A DNA stretch of 64,000 nucleotides from Eledone cirrhosa (taxonomy: Eukaryota), in contig OZ024740.1 of NCBI GenBank assembly GCA_964016885.1, forward strand, positions 40,610,001 to 40,674,000, given 5' to 3'. The position numbers and the translations under genes are program-made. Positions 14,001-29,000 of this stretch are shown here, piece by piece. The first letter of the stretch is position 1, and each line of letters starts with the position of its first letter. A model generated the notes under the pieces. It did not search any database. It had not been told where the DNA came from and saw nothing but the letters and a program-made list of their open reading frames with translations.

Positions 14001-17000
14001 TATTGATATTATATATTATTTGGCATTCACACATACTAATAGAAAAGAATTGATCATACCGCACAATTTCAATGCTTCTATCTTCAATCCATTGGATCTT
14101 GAAAAACTGCCATTATTATTGCCTAAATATTTTGGGTAAAACAAAGCATGTTTTCCTAAGCACTGCATCTTATATATCAACTGATAAGTAAAACTTGCTA
14201 CTTACAGAGTAATATTCACCTTAGTTTTGTATGCTGGAATTAAAGTGTTTACAAAACAAGCCAAAATTGATGATGTGCAACACATGACAACTACTAATTT
14301 GTCTTGTTAATTATATATATTACCATACCAACATTCTCATTACAGTGATATTATCAAAATCTTGAAACATAAGAAAATGCTATATACTAAATTGAAATTT
14401 CATTTCATTGTCTGAGTAAAATATTCAATTTACAGAAAATTAACCTCAGAAGTTAAGAATAAAAAATTAAAAGATTTTATTATCTTACTGATAGTTGTAT
14501 TTTCCTTTAATGTCGATCACATCTGCCAATAAATGAAACACAGAAACACACACACAAACTCATTTTTAACACAAAGTTAAGCTAGGAAACACTTGTGAGA
14601 AATATATTCAAATCTAAAGAATTATGGTTTTTATGTAGAAATTAGAATACACTTACATTAATTTTTCCAACTAGTCCAATACCTTAAATGAATCAGTTGT
14701 AGAGACAAAAAAAAATATCCATAACCTTTACAGTTATGTATTGACAATATATTCTGTATTTACTAAACGATTACAAAACTATGGTTTAAATATTCCTTAA
14801 ACTATCAATTTAACATTTCAAAAGACCAACAGAAAATAGAAATGAAGATGTCTTATCTGATGGAAATATTCTACTTTGCCCTTTTCATGTCAGCATTATA
14901 TCTGCCAAGGATAAAAAATTACACAAACACACACACATATGCAGTCAAAAAGGCTACATCAATTTTAATGCACAGAAAAGCAATTTCATGTTATATTAAA
15001 ATTGTTTATCATTTTACATTCCATGTTCAAGTTATACTGACATTCACTAAAGTTGGAAAACAGTTTCATACCAGCACAATTTCAATCTTTCTGCCTTGAA
15101 TCCACATCATTTCTCTAAACACTTTCCATTTTCAGTACCTAAACCTTTTCTGTGAAACAAATAGAGCATGTTTTCCGAAACACTACAAACTAGTTGAAAG
15201 GAAAGAAATCTTTCTTACACTACAATATTCAAATATATTATTTCAACAACAAACCTACATGTATAATATAATACATATCAAGAGTCATTCTATACAGATA
15301 ATATCTATACTACAATGAGACACAAAATGTTTATGTTATAATTACAGAAGCATGTTATTTTAAGATGAAAATGTTTAATCTGAAATTAATTTACATCAAT
15401 GAAAAATAGAAATTCACAATCACAGAATCAAAATTTATCATACATATTAATCATGCAAGAAATGTGAAGTAAAAAAAAAATTAATTCACAAAAACAAATA
15501 TTTAGCTTATCTTTGTTGGCTTTCATGTATTTTGTGTTATATTGTTGATCACATCTGTCAAGAAACAAAATAGAGAGAAACAGACACACACACACACACA
15601 CACATACATATATATATTTTAAACATTCTTATAATGAATGTGAATTATATCTAAAATGTTAAGAATTATAACTTTCAAGTAGAAAACTGAAAAACACTTA
15701 CAGTAAACTTTCAAACTACTCCAATTCCTTAAATGAGAATAATTTAGGAGAAAAACAATCTTATAACCTACATACGTAGAAAAGAATTAGGAAATTTGTT
15801 TTTTTCACATATCGATCAAGGACATTATATAAAATATTTACTTTAACACACCAAAAGACCAATAGTTAATAGAGAGGAAGGAAAAACATCTTAGCTTAGT
15901 GAACGGTTCTATCTGATCTCCTGTATGTCATCTTTACATCTGCTAATGATAGAAACTTACATACATAGCCAGAAAATAATAATATACTTAGAAGTCAATA
16001 ATTTCACTGTTATATTGATATTATATATTATTTGGCATTCACACATACTAATAGAAAAGAATTGATCATACCGCACAATTTCAATGCTTCTATCTTCAAT
16101 CCATTGGATCTTGAAAAACTGCCATTATTATTGCCTAAATATTTTGGGTAAAACAAAGCATGTTTTCCTAAGCACTGCATCTTATATATCAACTGATAAG
16201 TAAAACTTGCTACTTACAGAGTAATATTCACCTTAGTTTTGTATGCTGGAATTAAAGTGTTTACAAAACAAGCCAAAATTGATGATGTGCAACACATGAC
16301 AACTACTAATTTGTCTTGTTAATTATATATATTACCATACCAACATTCTCATTACAGTGATATTATCAAAATCTTGAAACATAAGAAAATGCTATATACT
16401 AAATTGAAATTTCATTTCATTGTCTGAGTAAAATATTCAATTTACAGAAAATTAACCTCAGAAGTTAAGAATAAAAAATTAAAAGATTTTATTATCTTAC
16501 TGATAGTTGTATTTTCCTTTAATGTCGATCACATCTGCCAATAAATGAAACACAGAAACACACACACAAACTCATTTTTAACACAAAGTTAAGCTAGGAA
16601 ACACTTGTGAGAAATATATTCAAATCTAAAGAATTATGGTTTTTATGTAGAAATTAGAATACACTTACATTAATTTTTCCAACTAGTCCAATACCTTAAA
16701 TGAATCAGTTGTAGAGACAAAAAAAAATATCCATAACCTTTACAGTTATGTATTGACAATATATTCTGTATTTACTAAACGATTACAAAACTATGGTTTA
16801 AATATTCCTTAAACTATCAATTTAACATTACAAAAGACCAACAGAAAATAGAAATGAAGATGTCTTATCTGATGGAAATATTCTACTTTGCCCTTTTCAT
16901 GTCAGCATTATATCTGCCAAGGATAAAAAATTACACAAACACACACACATATGCAGTCAAAAAGGCTACATCAATTTTAATGCACAGAAAAGCAATTTCA

Positions 17001-20000
17001 TGTTATATTAAAATTGTTTATCATTTTACATTCCATGTTCAAGTTATACTGACATTCACTAAAGTTGGAAAACAGTTTCATACCAGCACAATTTCAATCT
17101 TTCTGCCTTGAATCCACATCATTTCTCTAAACACTTTCCATTTTCAGTACCTAAACCTTTTCTGTGAAACAAATAGAGCATGTTTTCCGAAACACTACAA
17201 ACTAGTTGAAAGGAAAGAAATCTTTCTTACACTACAATATTCAAATATATTATTTCAACAACAAACCTACATGTATAATATAATACATATCAAGAGTCAT
17301 TCTATACAGATAATATCTATACTACAATGAGACACAAAATGTTTATGTTATAATTACAGAAGCATGTTATTTTAAGATGAAAATGTTTAATCTGAAATTA
17401 ATTTACATCAATGAAAAATAGAAATTCACAATCACAGAATCAAAATTTATCATACATATTAATCATGCAAGAAATGTGAAGTAAAAAAAAAATTAATTCA
17501 CAAAAACAAATATTTAGCTTATCTTTGTTGGCTTTCATGTATTTTGTGTTATATTGTTGATCACATCTGTCAAGAAACAAAATAGAGAGAAACAGACACA
17601 CACACACACACACACACATACATATATATATTTTAAACATTCTTATAATGAATGTGAATTATATCTAAAATGTTAAGAATTATAACTTTCAAGTAGAAAA
17701 CTGAAAAACACTTACAGTAAACTTTCAAACTACTCCAATTCCTTAAATGAGAATAATTTAGGAGAAAAACAATCTTATAACCTACATACGTAGAAAAGAA
17801 TTAGGAAATTTGTTTTTTTCACATATCGATCAAGGACATTATATAAAATATTTACTTTAACACACCAAAAGACCAATAGTTAATAGAGAGGAAGGAAAAA
17901 CATCTTAGCTTAGTGAACGGTTCTATCTCATCTCCTGTATGTCATCTTTACATCTGCTAATGATAGAAACTTACATACATAGCCAGAAAATAATAATATA
18001 CTTAGAAGTCAATAATTTCACTGTTATATTGATATTATATATTATTTGGCATTCACACATACTAATAGAAAAGAATTGATCATACCGCACAATTTCAATG
18101 CTTCTATCTTCAATCCATTGGATCTTGAAAAACTGCCATTATTATTGCCTAAATATTTTGGGTAAAACAAAGCATGTTTTCCTAAGCACTGCATCTTATA
18201 TATCAACTGATAAGTAAAACTTGCTACTTACAGAGTAATATTCACCTTAGTTTTGTATGCTGGAATTAAAGTGTTTACAAAACAAGCCAAAATTGATGAT
18301 GTGCAACACATGACAACTACTAATTTGTCTTGTTAATTATATATATTACCATACCAACATTCTCATTACAGTGATATTATCAAAATCTTGAAACATAAGA
18401 AAATGCTATATACTAAATTGAAATTTCATTTCATTGTCTGAGTAAAATATTCAATTTACAGAAAATTAACCTCAGAAGTTAAGAATAAAAAATTAAAAGA
18501 TTTTATTATCTTACTGATAGTTGTATTTTCCTTTAATGTCGATCACATCTGCCAATAAATGAAACACAGAAACACACACACAAACTCATTTTTAACACAA
18601 AGTTAAGCTAGGAAACACTTGTGAGAAATATATTCAAATCTAAAGAATTATGGTTTTTATGTAGAAATTAGAATACACTTACATTAATTTTTCCAACTAG
18701 TCCAATACCTTAAATGAATCAGTTGTAGAGACAAAAAAAAATATCCATAACCTTTACAGTTATGTATTGACAATATATTCTGTATTTACTAAACGATTAC
18801 AAAACTATGGTTTAAATATTCCTTAAACTATCAATTTAACATTTCAAAAGACCAACAGAAAATAGAAATGAAGATGTCTTATCTGATGGAAATATTCTAC
18901 TTTGCCCTTTTCATGTCAGCATTATATCTGCCAAGGATAAAAAATTACACAAACACACACACATATGCAGTCAAAAAGGCTACATCAATTTTAATGCACA
19001 GAAAAGCAATTTCATGTTATATTAAAATTGTTTATCATTTTACATTCCATGTTCAAGTTATACTGACATTCACTAAAGTTGGAAAACAGTTTCATACCAG
19101 CACAATTTCAATCTTTCTGCCTTGAATCCACATCATTTCTCTAAACACTTTCCATTTTCAGTACCTAAACCTTTTCTGTGAAACAAATAGAGCATGTTTT
19201 CCGAAACACTACAAACTAGTTGAAAGGAAAGAAATCTTTCTTACACTACAATATTCAAATATATTATTTCAACAACAAACCTACATGTATAATATAATAC
19301 ATATCAAGAGTCATTCTATACAGATAATATCTATACTACAATGAGACACAAAATGTTTATGTTATAATTACAGAAGCATGTTATTTTAAGATGAAAATGT
19401 TTAATCTGAAATTAATTTACATCAATGAAAAATAGAAATTCACAATCACAGAATCAAAATTTATCATACATATTAATCATGCAAGAAATGTGAAGTAAAA
19501 AAAAAATTAATTCACAAAAACAAATATTTAGCTTATCTTTGTTGGCTTTCATGTATTTTGTGTTATATTGTTGATCACATCTGTCAAGAAACAAAATAGA
19601 GAGAAACAGACACACACACACACACACACATACATATATATATTTTAAACATTCTTATAATGAATGTGAATTATATCTAAAATGTTAAGAATTATAACTT
19701 TCAAGTAGAAAACTGAAAAACACTTACAGTAAACTTTCAAACTACTCCAATTCCTTAAATGAGAATAATTTAGGAGAAAAACAATCTTATAACCTACATA
19801 CGTAGAAAAGAATTAGGAAATTTGTTTTTTTCACATATCGATCAAGGACATTATATAAAATATTTACTTTAACACACCAAAAGACCAATAGTTAATAGAG
19901 AGGAAGGAAAAACATCTTAGCTTAGTGAACGGTTCTATCTGATCTCCTGTATGTCATCTTTACATCTGCTAATGATAGAAACTTACATACATAGCCAGAA

Positions 20001-23000
20001 AATAATAATATACTTAGAAGTCAATAATTTCACTGTTATATTGATATTATATATTATTTGGCATTCACACATACTAATAGAAAAGAATTGATCATACCGC
20101 ACAATTTCAATGCTTCTATCTTCAATCCATTGGATCTTGAAAAACTGCCATTATTATTGCCTAAATATTTTGGGTAAAACAAAGCATGTTTTCCTAAGCA
20201 CTGCATCTTATATATCAACTGATAAGTAAAACTTGCTACTTACAGAGTAATATTCACCTTAGTTTTGTATGCTGGAATTAAAGTGTTTACAAAACAAGCC
20301 AAAATTGATGATGTGCAACACATGACAACTACTAATTTGTCTTGTTAATTATATATATTACCATACCAACATTCTCATTACAGTGATATTATCAAAATCT
20401 TGAAACATAAGAAAATGCTATATACTAAATTGAAATTTCATTTCATTGTCTGAGTAAAATATTCAATTTACAGAAAATTAACCTCAGAAGTTAAGAATAA
20501 AAAATTAAAAGATTTTATTATCTTACTGATAGTTGTATTTTCCTTTAATGTCGATCACATCTGCCAATAAATGAAACACAGAAACACACACACAAACTCA
20601 TTTTTAACACAAAGTTAAGCTAGGAAACACTTGTGAGAAATATATTCAAATCTAAAGAATTATGGTTTTTATGTAGAAATTAGAATACACTTACATTAAT
20701 TTTTCCAACTAGTCCAATACCTTAAATGAATCAGTTGTAGAGACAAAAAAAAATATCCATAACCTTTACAGTTATGTATTGACAATATATTCTGTATTTA
20801 CTAAACGATTACAAAACTATGGTTTAAATATTCCTTAAACTATCAATTTAACATTACAAAAGACCAACAGAAAATAGAAATGAAGATGTCTTATCTGATG
20901 GAAATATTCTACTTTGCCCTTTTCATGTCAGCATTATATCTGCCAAGGATAAAAAATTACACAAACACACACACATATGCAGTCAAAAAGGCTACATCAA
21001 TTTTAATGCACAGAAAAGCAATTTCATGTTATATTAAAATTGTTTATCATTTTACATTCCATGTTCAAGTTATACTGACATTCACTAAAGTTGGAAAACA
21101 GTTTCATACCAGCACAATTTCAATCTTTCTGCCTTGAATCCACATCATTTCTCTAAACACTTTCCATTTTCAGTACCTAAACCTTTTCTGTGAAACAAAT
21201 AGAGCATGTTTTCCGAAACACTACAAACTAGTTGAAAGGAAAGAATTCTTTCTTACACTACAATATTAAAATATATTATTTCAACAACAAACCTACATGT
21301 ATAATATAATACATATCAAGAGTCATTCTATACAGATAATATCTATACTACAATGAGACACAAAATGTTTATGTTATAATTACAGAAGCATGTTATTTTA
21401 AGAAGAAAATGTTTAATCTGAAATTAATTTACATCAATGAAAAATAGAAATTCACAATCACAGAATCAAAATTTATCATACATATTAATCATGCAAGAAA
21501 TGTGAAGTAAAAAAAAAATTAATTCACAAAAACAAATATTTAGCTTATCTTTGTTGGCTTTCATGTATTTTGTGTTATATTGTTGATCACATCTGTCAAG
21601 AAACAAAATAGAGAGAAACAGACACACACACACACACACACATACATATATATATTTTAAACATTCTTATAATGAATGTGAATTATATCTAAAATGTTAA
21701 GAATTATAACTTTCAAGTAGAAAACTGAAAAACACTTACAGTAAACTTTCAAACTACTCCAATTCCTTAAATGAGAATAATTTAGGAGAAAAACAATCTT
21801 ATAACCTACATACGTAGAAAAGAATTAGGAAATTTGTTTTTTTCACATATCGATCAAGGACATTATATAAAATATTTACTTTAACACACCAAAAGACCAA
21901 TAGTTAATAGAGAGGAAGGAAAAACATCTTAGCTTAGTGAACGGTTCTATCTGATCTCCTGTATGTCATCTTTACATCTGCTAATGATAGAAACTTACAT
22001 ACATAGCCAGAAAATAATAATATACTTAGAAGTCAATAATTTCACTGTTATATTGATATTATATATTATTTGGCATTCACACATACTAATAGAAAAGAAT
22101 TGATCATACCGCACAATTTCAATGCTTCTATCTTCAATCCATTGGATCTTGAAAAACTGCCATTATTATTGCCTAAATATTTTGGGTAAAACAAAGCATG
22201 TTTTCCTAAGCACTGCATCTTATATATCAACTGATAAGTAAAACTTGCTACTTACAGAGTAATATTCACCTTAGTTTTGTATGCTGGAATTAAAGTGTTT
22301 ACAAAACAAGCCAAAATTGATGATGTGCAACACATGACAACTACTAATTTGTCTTGTTAATTATATATATTACCATACCAACATTCTCATTACAGTGATA
22401 TTATCAAAATCTTGAAACATAAGAAAATGCTATATACTAAATTGAAATTTCATTTCATTGTCTGAGTAAAATATTCAATTTACAGAAAATTAACCTCAGA
22501 AGTTAAGAATAAAAAATTAAAAGATTTTATTATCTTACTGATAGTTGTATTTTCCTTTAATGTCGATCACATCTGCCAATAAATGAAACACAGAAACACA
22601 CACACAAACTCATTTTTAACACAAAGTTAAGCTAGGAAACACTTGTGAGAAATATATTCAAATCTAAAGAATTATGGTTTTTATGTAGAAATTAGAATAC
22701 ACTTACATTAATTTTTCCAACTAGTCCAATACCTTAAATGAATCAGTTGTAGAGACAAAAAAAAATATCCATAACCTTTACAGTTATGTATTGACAATAT
22801 ATTCTGTATTTACTAAACGATTACAAAACTATGGTTTAAATATTCCTTAAACTATCAATTTAACATTTCAAAAGACCAACAGAAAATAGAAATGAAGATG
22901 TCTTATCTGATGGAAATATTCTACTTTGCCCTTTTCATGTCAGCATTATATCTGCCAAGGATAAAAAATTACACAAACACACACACATATGCAGTCAAAA

Positions 23001-26000
23001 AGGCTACATCAATTTTAATGCACAGAAAAGCAATTTCATGTTATATTAAAATTGTTTATCATTTTACATTCCATGTTCAAGTTATACTGACATTCACTAA
23101 AGTTGGAAAACAGTTTCATACCAGCACAATTTCAATCTTTCTGCCTTGAATCCACATCATTTCTCTAAACACTTTCCATTTTCAGTACCTAAACCTTTTC
23201 TGTGAAACAAATAGAGCATGTTTTCCGAAACACTACAAACTAGTTGAAAGGAAAGAAATCTTTCTTACACTACAATATTCAAATATATTATTTCAACAAC
23301 AAACCTACATGTATAATATAATACATATCAAGAGTCATTCTATACAGATAATATCTATACTACAATGAGACACAAAATGTTTATGTTATAATTACAGAAG
23401 CATGTTATTTTAAGATGAAAATGTTTAATCTGAAATTAATTTACATCAATGAAAAATAGAAATTCACAATCACAGAATCAAAATTTATCATACATATTAA
23501 TCATGCAAGAAATGTGAAGTAAAAAAAAAATTAATTCACAAAAACAAATATTTAGCTTATCTTTGTTGGCTTTCATGTATTTTGTGTTATATTGTTGATC
23601 ACATCTGTCAAGAAACAAAATAGAGAGAAACACACACACACACACACACACACATACATATATATATTTTAAACATTCTTATAATGAATGTGAATTATAT
23701 CTAAAATGTTAAGAATTATAACTTTCAAGTAGAAAACTGAAAAACACTTACAGGAAACTTTCAAACTACTCCAATTCCTTAAATGAGAATAATTTAGGAG
23801 AAAAACAATCTTATAACCTACATACGTAGAAAAGAATTAGGAAATTTGTTTTTTTCACATATCTATCAAGGACATTATATAAAATATTTACTTTAACACA
23901 CCAAAAGACCAATAGTTAATAGAGAGGAAGGAAAAACATCTTAGCTTAGTGAACGGTTCTATCTGATCTCCTGTATGTCATCTTTACATCTGCTAATGAT
24001 AGAAACTTACATACATAGCCAGAAAATAATAATATACTTAGAAGTCAATAATTTCACTGTTATATTGATATTATATATTATTTGGCATTCACACATACTA
24101 ATAGAAAAGAATTGATCATACCGCACAATTTCAATGCTTCTATCTTCAATCCATTGGATCTTGAAAAACTGCCATTATTATTGCCTAAATATTTTGGGTA
24201 AAACAAAGCATGTTTTCCTAAGCACTGCATCTTATATATCAACTGATAAGTAAAACTTGCTACTTACAGAGTAATATTCACCTTAGTTTTGTATGCTGGA
24301 ATTAAAGTGTTTACAAAACAAGCCAAAATTGATGATGTGCAACACATGACAACTACTAATTTGTCTTGTTAATTATATATATTACCATACCAACATTCTC
24401 ATTACAGTGATATTATCAAAATCTTGAAACATAAGAAAATGCTATATACTAAATTGAAATTTCATTTCATTGTCTGAGTAAAATATTCAATTTACAGAAA
24501 ATTAACCTCAGAAGTTAAGAATAAAAAATTAAAAGATTTTATTATCTTACTGATAGTTGTATTTTCCTTTAATGTCGATCACATCTGCCAATAAATGAAA
24601 CACAGAAACACACACACAAACTCATTTTTAACACAAAGTTAAGCTAGGAAACACTTGTGAGAAATATATTCAAATCTAAAGAATTATGGTTTTTATGTAG
24701 AAATTAGAATACACTTACATTAATTTTTCCAACTAGTCCAATACCTTAAATGAATCAGTTGTAGAGACAAAAAAAAATATCCATAACCTTTACAGTTATG
24801 TATTGACAATATATTCTGTATTTACTAAACGATTACAAAACTATGGTTTAAATATTCCTTAAACTATCAATTTAACATTTCAAAAGACCAACAGAAAATA
24901 GAAATGAAGATGTCTTATCTGATGGAAATATTCTACTTTGCCCTTTTCATGTCAGCATTATATCTGCCAAGGATAAAAAATTACACAAACACACACACAT
25001 ATGCAGTCAAAAAGGCTACATCAATTTTAATGCACAGAAAAGCAATTTCATGTTATATTAAAATTGTTTATCATTTTACATTCCATGTTCAAGTTATACT
25101 GACATTCACTAAAGTTGGAAAACAGTTTCATACCAGCACAATTTCAATCTTTCTGCCTTGAATCCACATCATTTCTCTAAACACTTTCCATTTTCAGTAC
25201 CTAAACCTTTTCTGTGAAACAAATAGAGCATGTTTTCCGAAACACTACAAACTAGTTGAAAGGAAAGAATTCTTTCTTACACTACAATATTCAAATATAT
25301 TATTTCAACAACAAACCTACATGTATAATATAATACATATCAAGAGTCATTCTATACAGATAATATCTATACTACAATGAGACACAAAATGTTTATGTTA
25401 TAATTACAGAAGCATGTTATTTTAAGATGAAAATGTTTAATCTGAAATTAATTTACATCAATGAAAAATAGAAATTCACAATCACAGAATCAAAATTTAT
25501 CATACATATTAATCATGCAAGAAATGTGAAGTAAAAAAAAAATTAATTCACCAAAACAAATATTTAGCTTATCTTTGTTGGCTTTCATGTATTTTGTGTT
25601 ATATTGTTGATCACATCTGTCAAGAAACAAAATAGAGAGAAACACACACACACACACACACACATACATATATATATTTTAAACATTCTTATAATGAATG
25701 TGAATTATATCTAAAATGTTAAGAATTATAACTTTCAAGTAGAAAACTGAAAAACACTTACAGGAAACTTTCAAACTACTCCAATTCCTTAAATGAGAAT
25801 AATTTAGGAGAAAAACAATCTTATAACCTACATACGTAGAAAAGAATTAGGAAATTTGTTTTTTTCACATATCTATCAAGGACATTATATAAAATATTTA
25901 CTTTAACACACCAAAAGACCAATAGTTAATAGAGAGGAAGGAAAAACATCTTAGCTTAGTGAACGGTTCTATCTGATCTCCTGTATGTCATCTTTACATC

Positions 26001-29000
26001 TGCTAATGATAGAAACTTACATACATAGCCAGAAAATAATAATATACTTAGAAGTCAATAATTTCACTGTTATATTGATATTATATATTATTTGGCATTC
26101 ACACATACTAATAGAAAAGAATTGATCATACCGCACAATTTCAATGCTTCTATCTTCAATCCATTGGATCTTGAAAAACTGCCATTATTATTGCCTAAAT
26201 ATTTTGGGTAAAACAAAGCATGTTTTCCTAAGCACTGCATCTTATATATCAACTGATAAGTAAAACTTGCTACTTACAGAGTAATATTCACCTTAGTTTT
26301 GTATGCTGGAATTAAAGTGTTTACAAAACAAGCCAAAATTGATGATGTGCAACACATGACAACTACTAATTTGTCTTGTTAATTATATATATTACCATAC
26401 CAACATTCTCATTACAGTGATATTATCAAAATCTTGAAACATAAGAAAATGCTATATACTAAATTGAAATTTCATTTCATTGTCTGAGTAAAATATTCAA
26501 TTTACAGAAAATTAACCTCAGAAGTTAAGAATAAAAAATTAAAAGATTTTATTATCTTACTGATAGTTGTATTTTCCTTTAATGTCGATCACATCTGCCA
26601 ATAAATGAAACACAGAAACACACACACAAACTCATTTTTAACACAAAGTTAAGCTAGGAAACACTTGTGAGAAATATATTCAAATCTAAAGAATTATGGT
26701 TTTTATGTAGAAATTAGAATACACTTACATTAATTTTTCCAACTAGTCCAATACCTTAAATGAATCAGTTGTAGAGACAAAAAAAAATATCCATAACCTT
26801 TACAGTTATGTATTGACAATATATTCTGTATTTACTAAACGATTACAAAACTATGGTTTAAATATTCCTTAAACTATCAATTTAACATTTCAAAAGACCA
26901 ACAGAAAATAGAAATGAAGATGTCTTATCTGATGGAAATATTCTACTTTGCCCTTTTCATGTCAGCATTATATCTGCCAAGGATAAAAAATTACACAAAC
27001 ACACACACATATGCAGTCAAAAAGGCTACATCAATTTTAATGCACAGAAAAGCAATTTCATGTTATATTAAAATTGTTTATCATTTTACATTCCATGTTC
27101 AAGTTATACTGACATTCACTAAAGTTGGAAAACAGTTTCATACCAGCACAATTTCAATCTTTCTGCCTTGAATTCACATCATTTCTCTAAACACTTTCCA
27201 TTTTCAGTACCTAAACCTTTTCTGTGAAACAAATAGAGCAGGTTTTCCGAAACACTACAAACTAGTTGAAAGGAAAGAATTCTTTCTTACACTACAATAT
27301 TAAAATATATTATTTCAACAACAAACCTACATGTATAATATAATACATATCAAGAGTCATTCTATACAGATAATATCTATACTACAATGAGACACAAAAT
27401 GTTTATGTTATAATTACAGAAGCATGTTATTTTAAGAAGAAAATGTTTAATCTGAAATTAATTTACATCAATGAAAAATAGAAATTCACAATCACAGAAT
27501 CAAAATTTATCATACGTATTAATCATGCAAGAAATGTGAAGTAAAAAAAAAATTAATTCACAAAAACAAATATTTAGCTTATCTTTGTTGGCTTTCATGT
27601 ATTTTGTGTTATATTGTTGATCACATCTGTCAAGAAACAAAATAGAGAGAAACACACACACACACACACATACATATATATATTTTAAACATTCTTATAA
27701 TGAATGTGAATTATATCTAAAATGTTAAGAATTATAACTTTCAAGTAGAAAACTGAAAAACACTTACAGGAAACTTTCAAACTACTCCAATTCCTTAAAT
27801 GAGAATAATTTAGGAGAAAAACAATCTTATAACCTACATACGTAGAAAAGAATTAGGAAATTTGTTTTTTTCACATATCTATCAAGGACATTATATAAAA
27901 TATTTACTTTAACACACCAAAAGACCAATAGTTAATAGAGAGGAAGGAAAAACATCTTAGCTTAGTGAACGGTTCTATCTGATCTCCTGTATGTCATCTT
28001 TACATCTGCTAATGATAGAAACTTACATACATAGCCAGAAAATAATAATATACTTAGAAGTCAATAATTTCACTGTTATATTGATATTATATATTATTTG
28101 GCATTCACACATACTAATAGAAAAGAATTGATCATACCGCACAATTTCAATGCTTCTATCTTCAATCCATTGGATCTTGAAAAACTGCCATTATTATTGC
28201 CTAAATATTTTGGGTAAAACAAAGCATGTTTTCCTAAGCACTGCATCTTATATATCAACTGATAAGTAAAACTTGCTACTTACAGAGTAATATTCACCTT
28301 AGTTTTGTATGCTGGAATTAAAGTGTTTACAAAACAAGCCAAAATTGATGATGTGCAACACATGACAACTACTAATTTGTCTTGTTAATTATATATATTA
28401 CCATACCAACATTCTCATTACAGTGATATTATCAAAATCTTGAAACATAAGAAAATGCTATATACTAAATTGAAATTTCATTTCATTGTCTGAGTAAAAT
28501 ATTCAATTTACAGAAAATTAACCTCAGAAGTTAAGAATAAAAAATTAAAAGATTTTATTATCTTACTGATAGTTGTATTTTCCTTTAATGTCGATCACAT
28601 CTGCCAATAAATGAAACACAGAAACACACACACAAACTCATTTTTAACACAAAGTTAAGCTAGGAAACACTTGTGAGAAATATATTCAAATCTAAAGAAT
28701 TATGGTTTTTATGTAGAAATTAGAATACACTTACATTAATTTTTCCAACTAGTCCAATACCTTAAATGAATCAGTTGTAGAGACAAAAAAAAATATCCAT
28801 AACCTTTACAGTTATGTATTGACAATATATTCTGTATTTACTAAACGATTACAAAACTATGGTTTAAATATTCCTTAAACTATCAATTTAACATTTCAAA
28901 AGACCAACAGAAAATAGAAATGAAGATGTCTTATCTGATGGAAATATTCTACTTTGCCCTTTTCATGTCAGCATTATATCTGCCAAGGATAAAAAATTAC

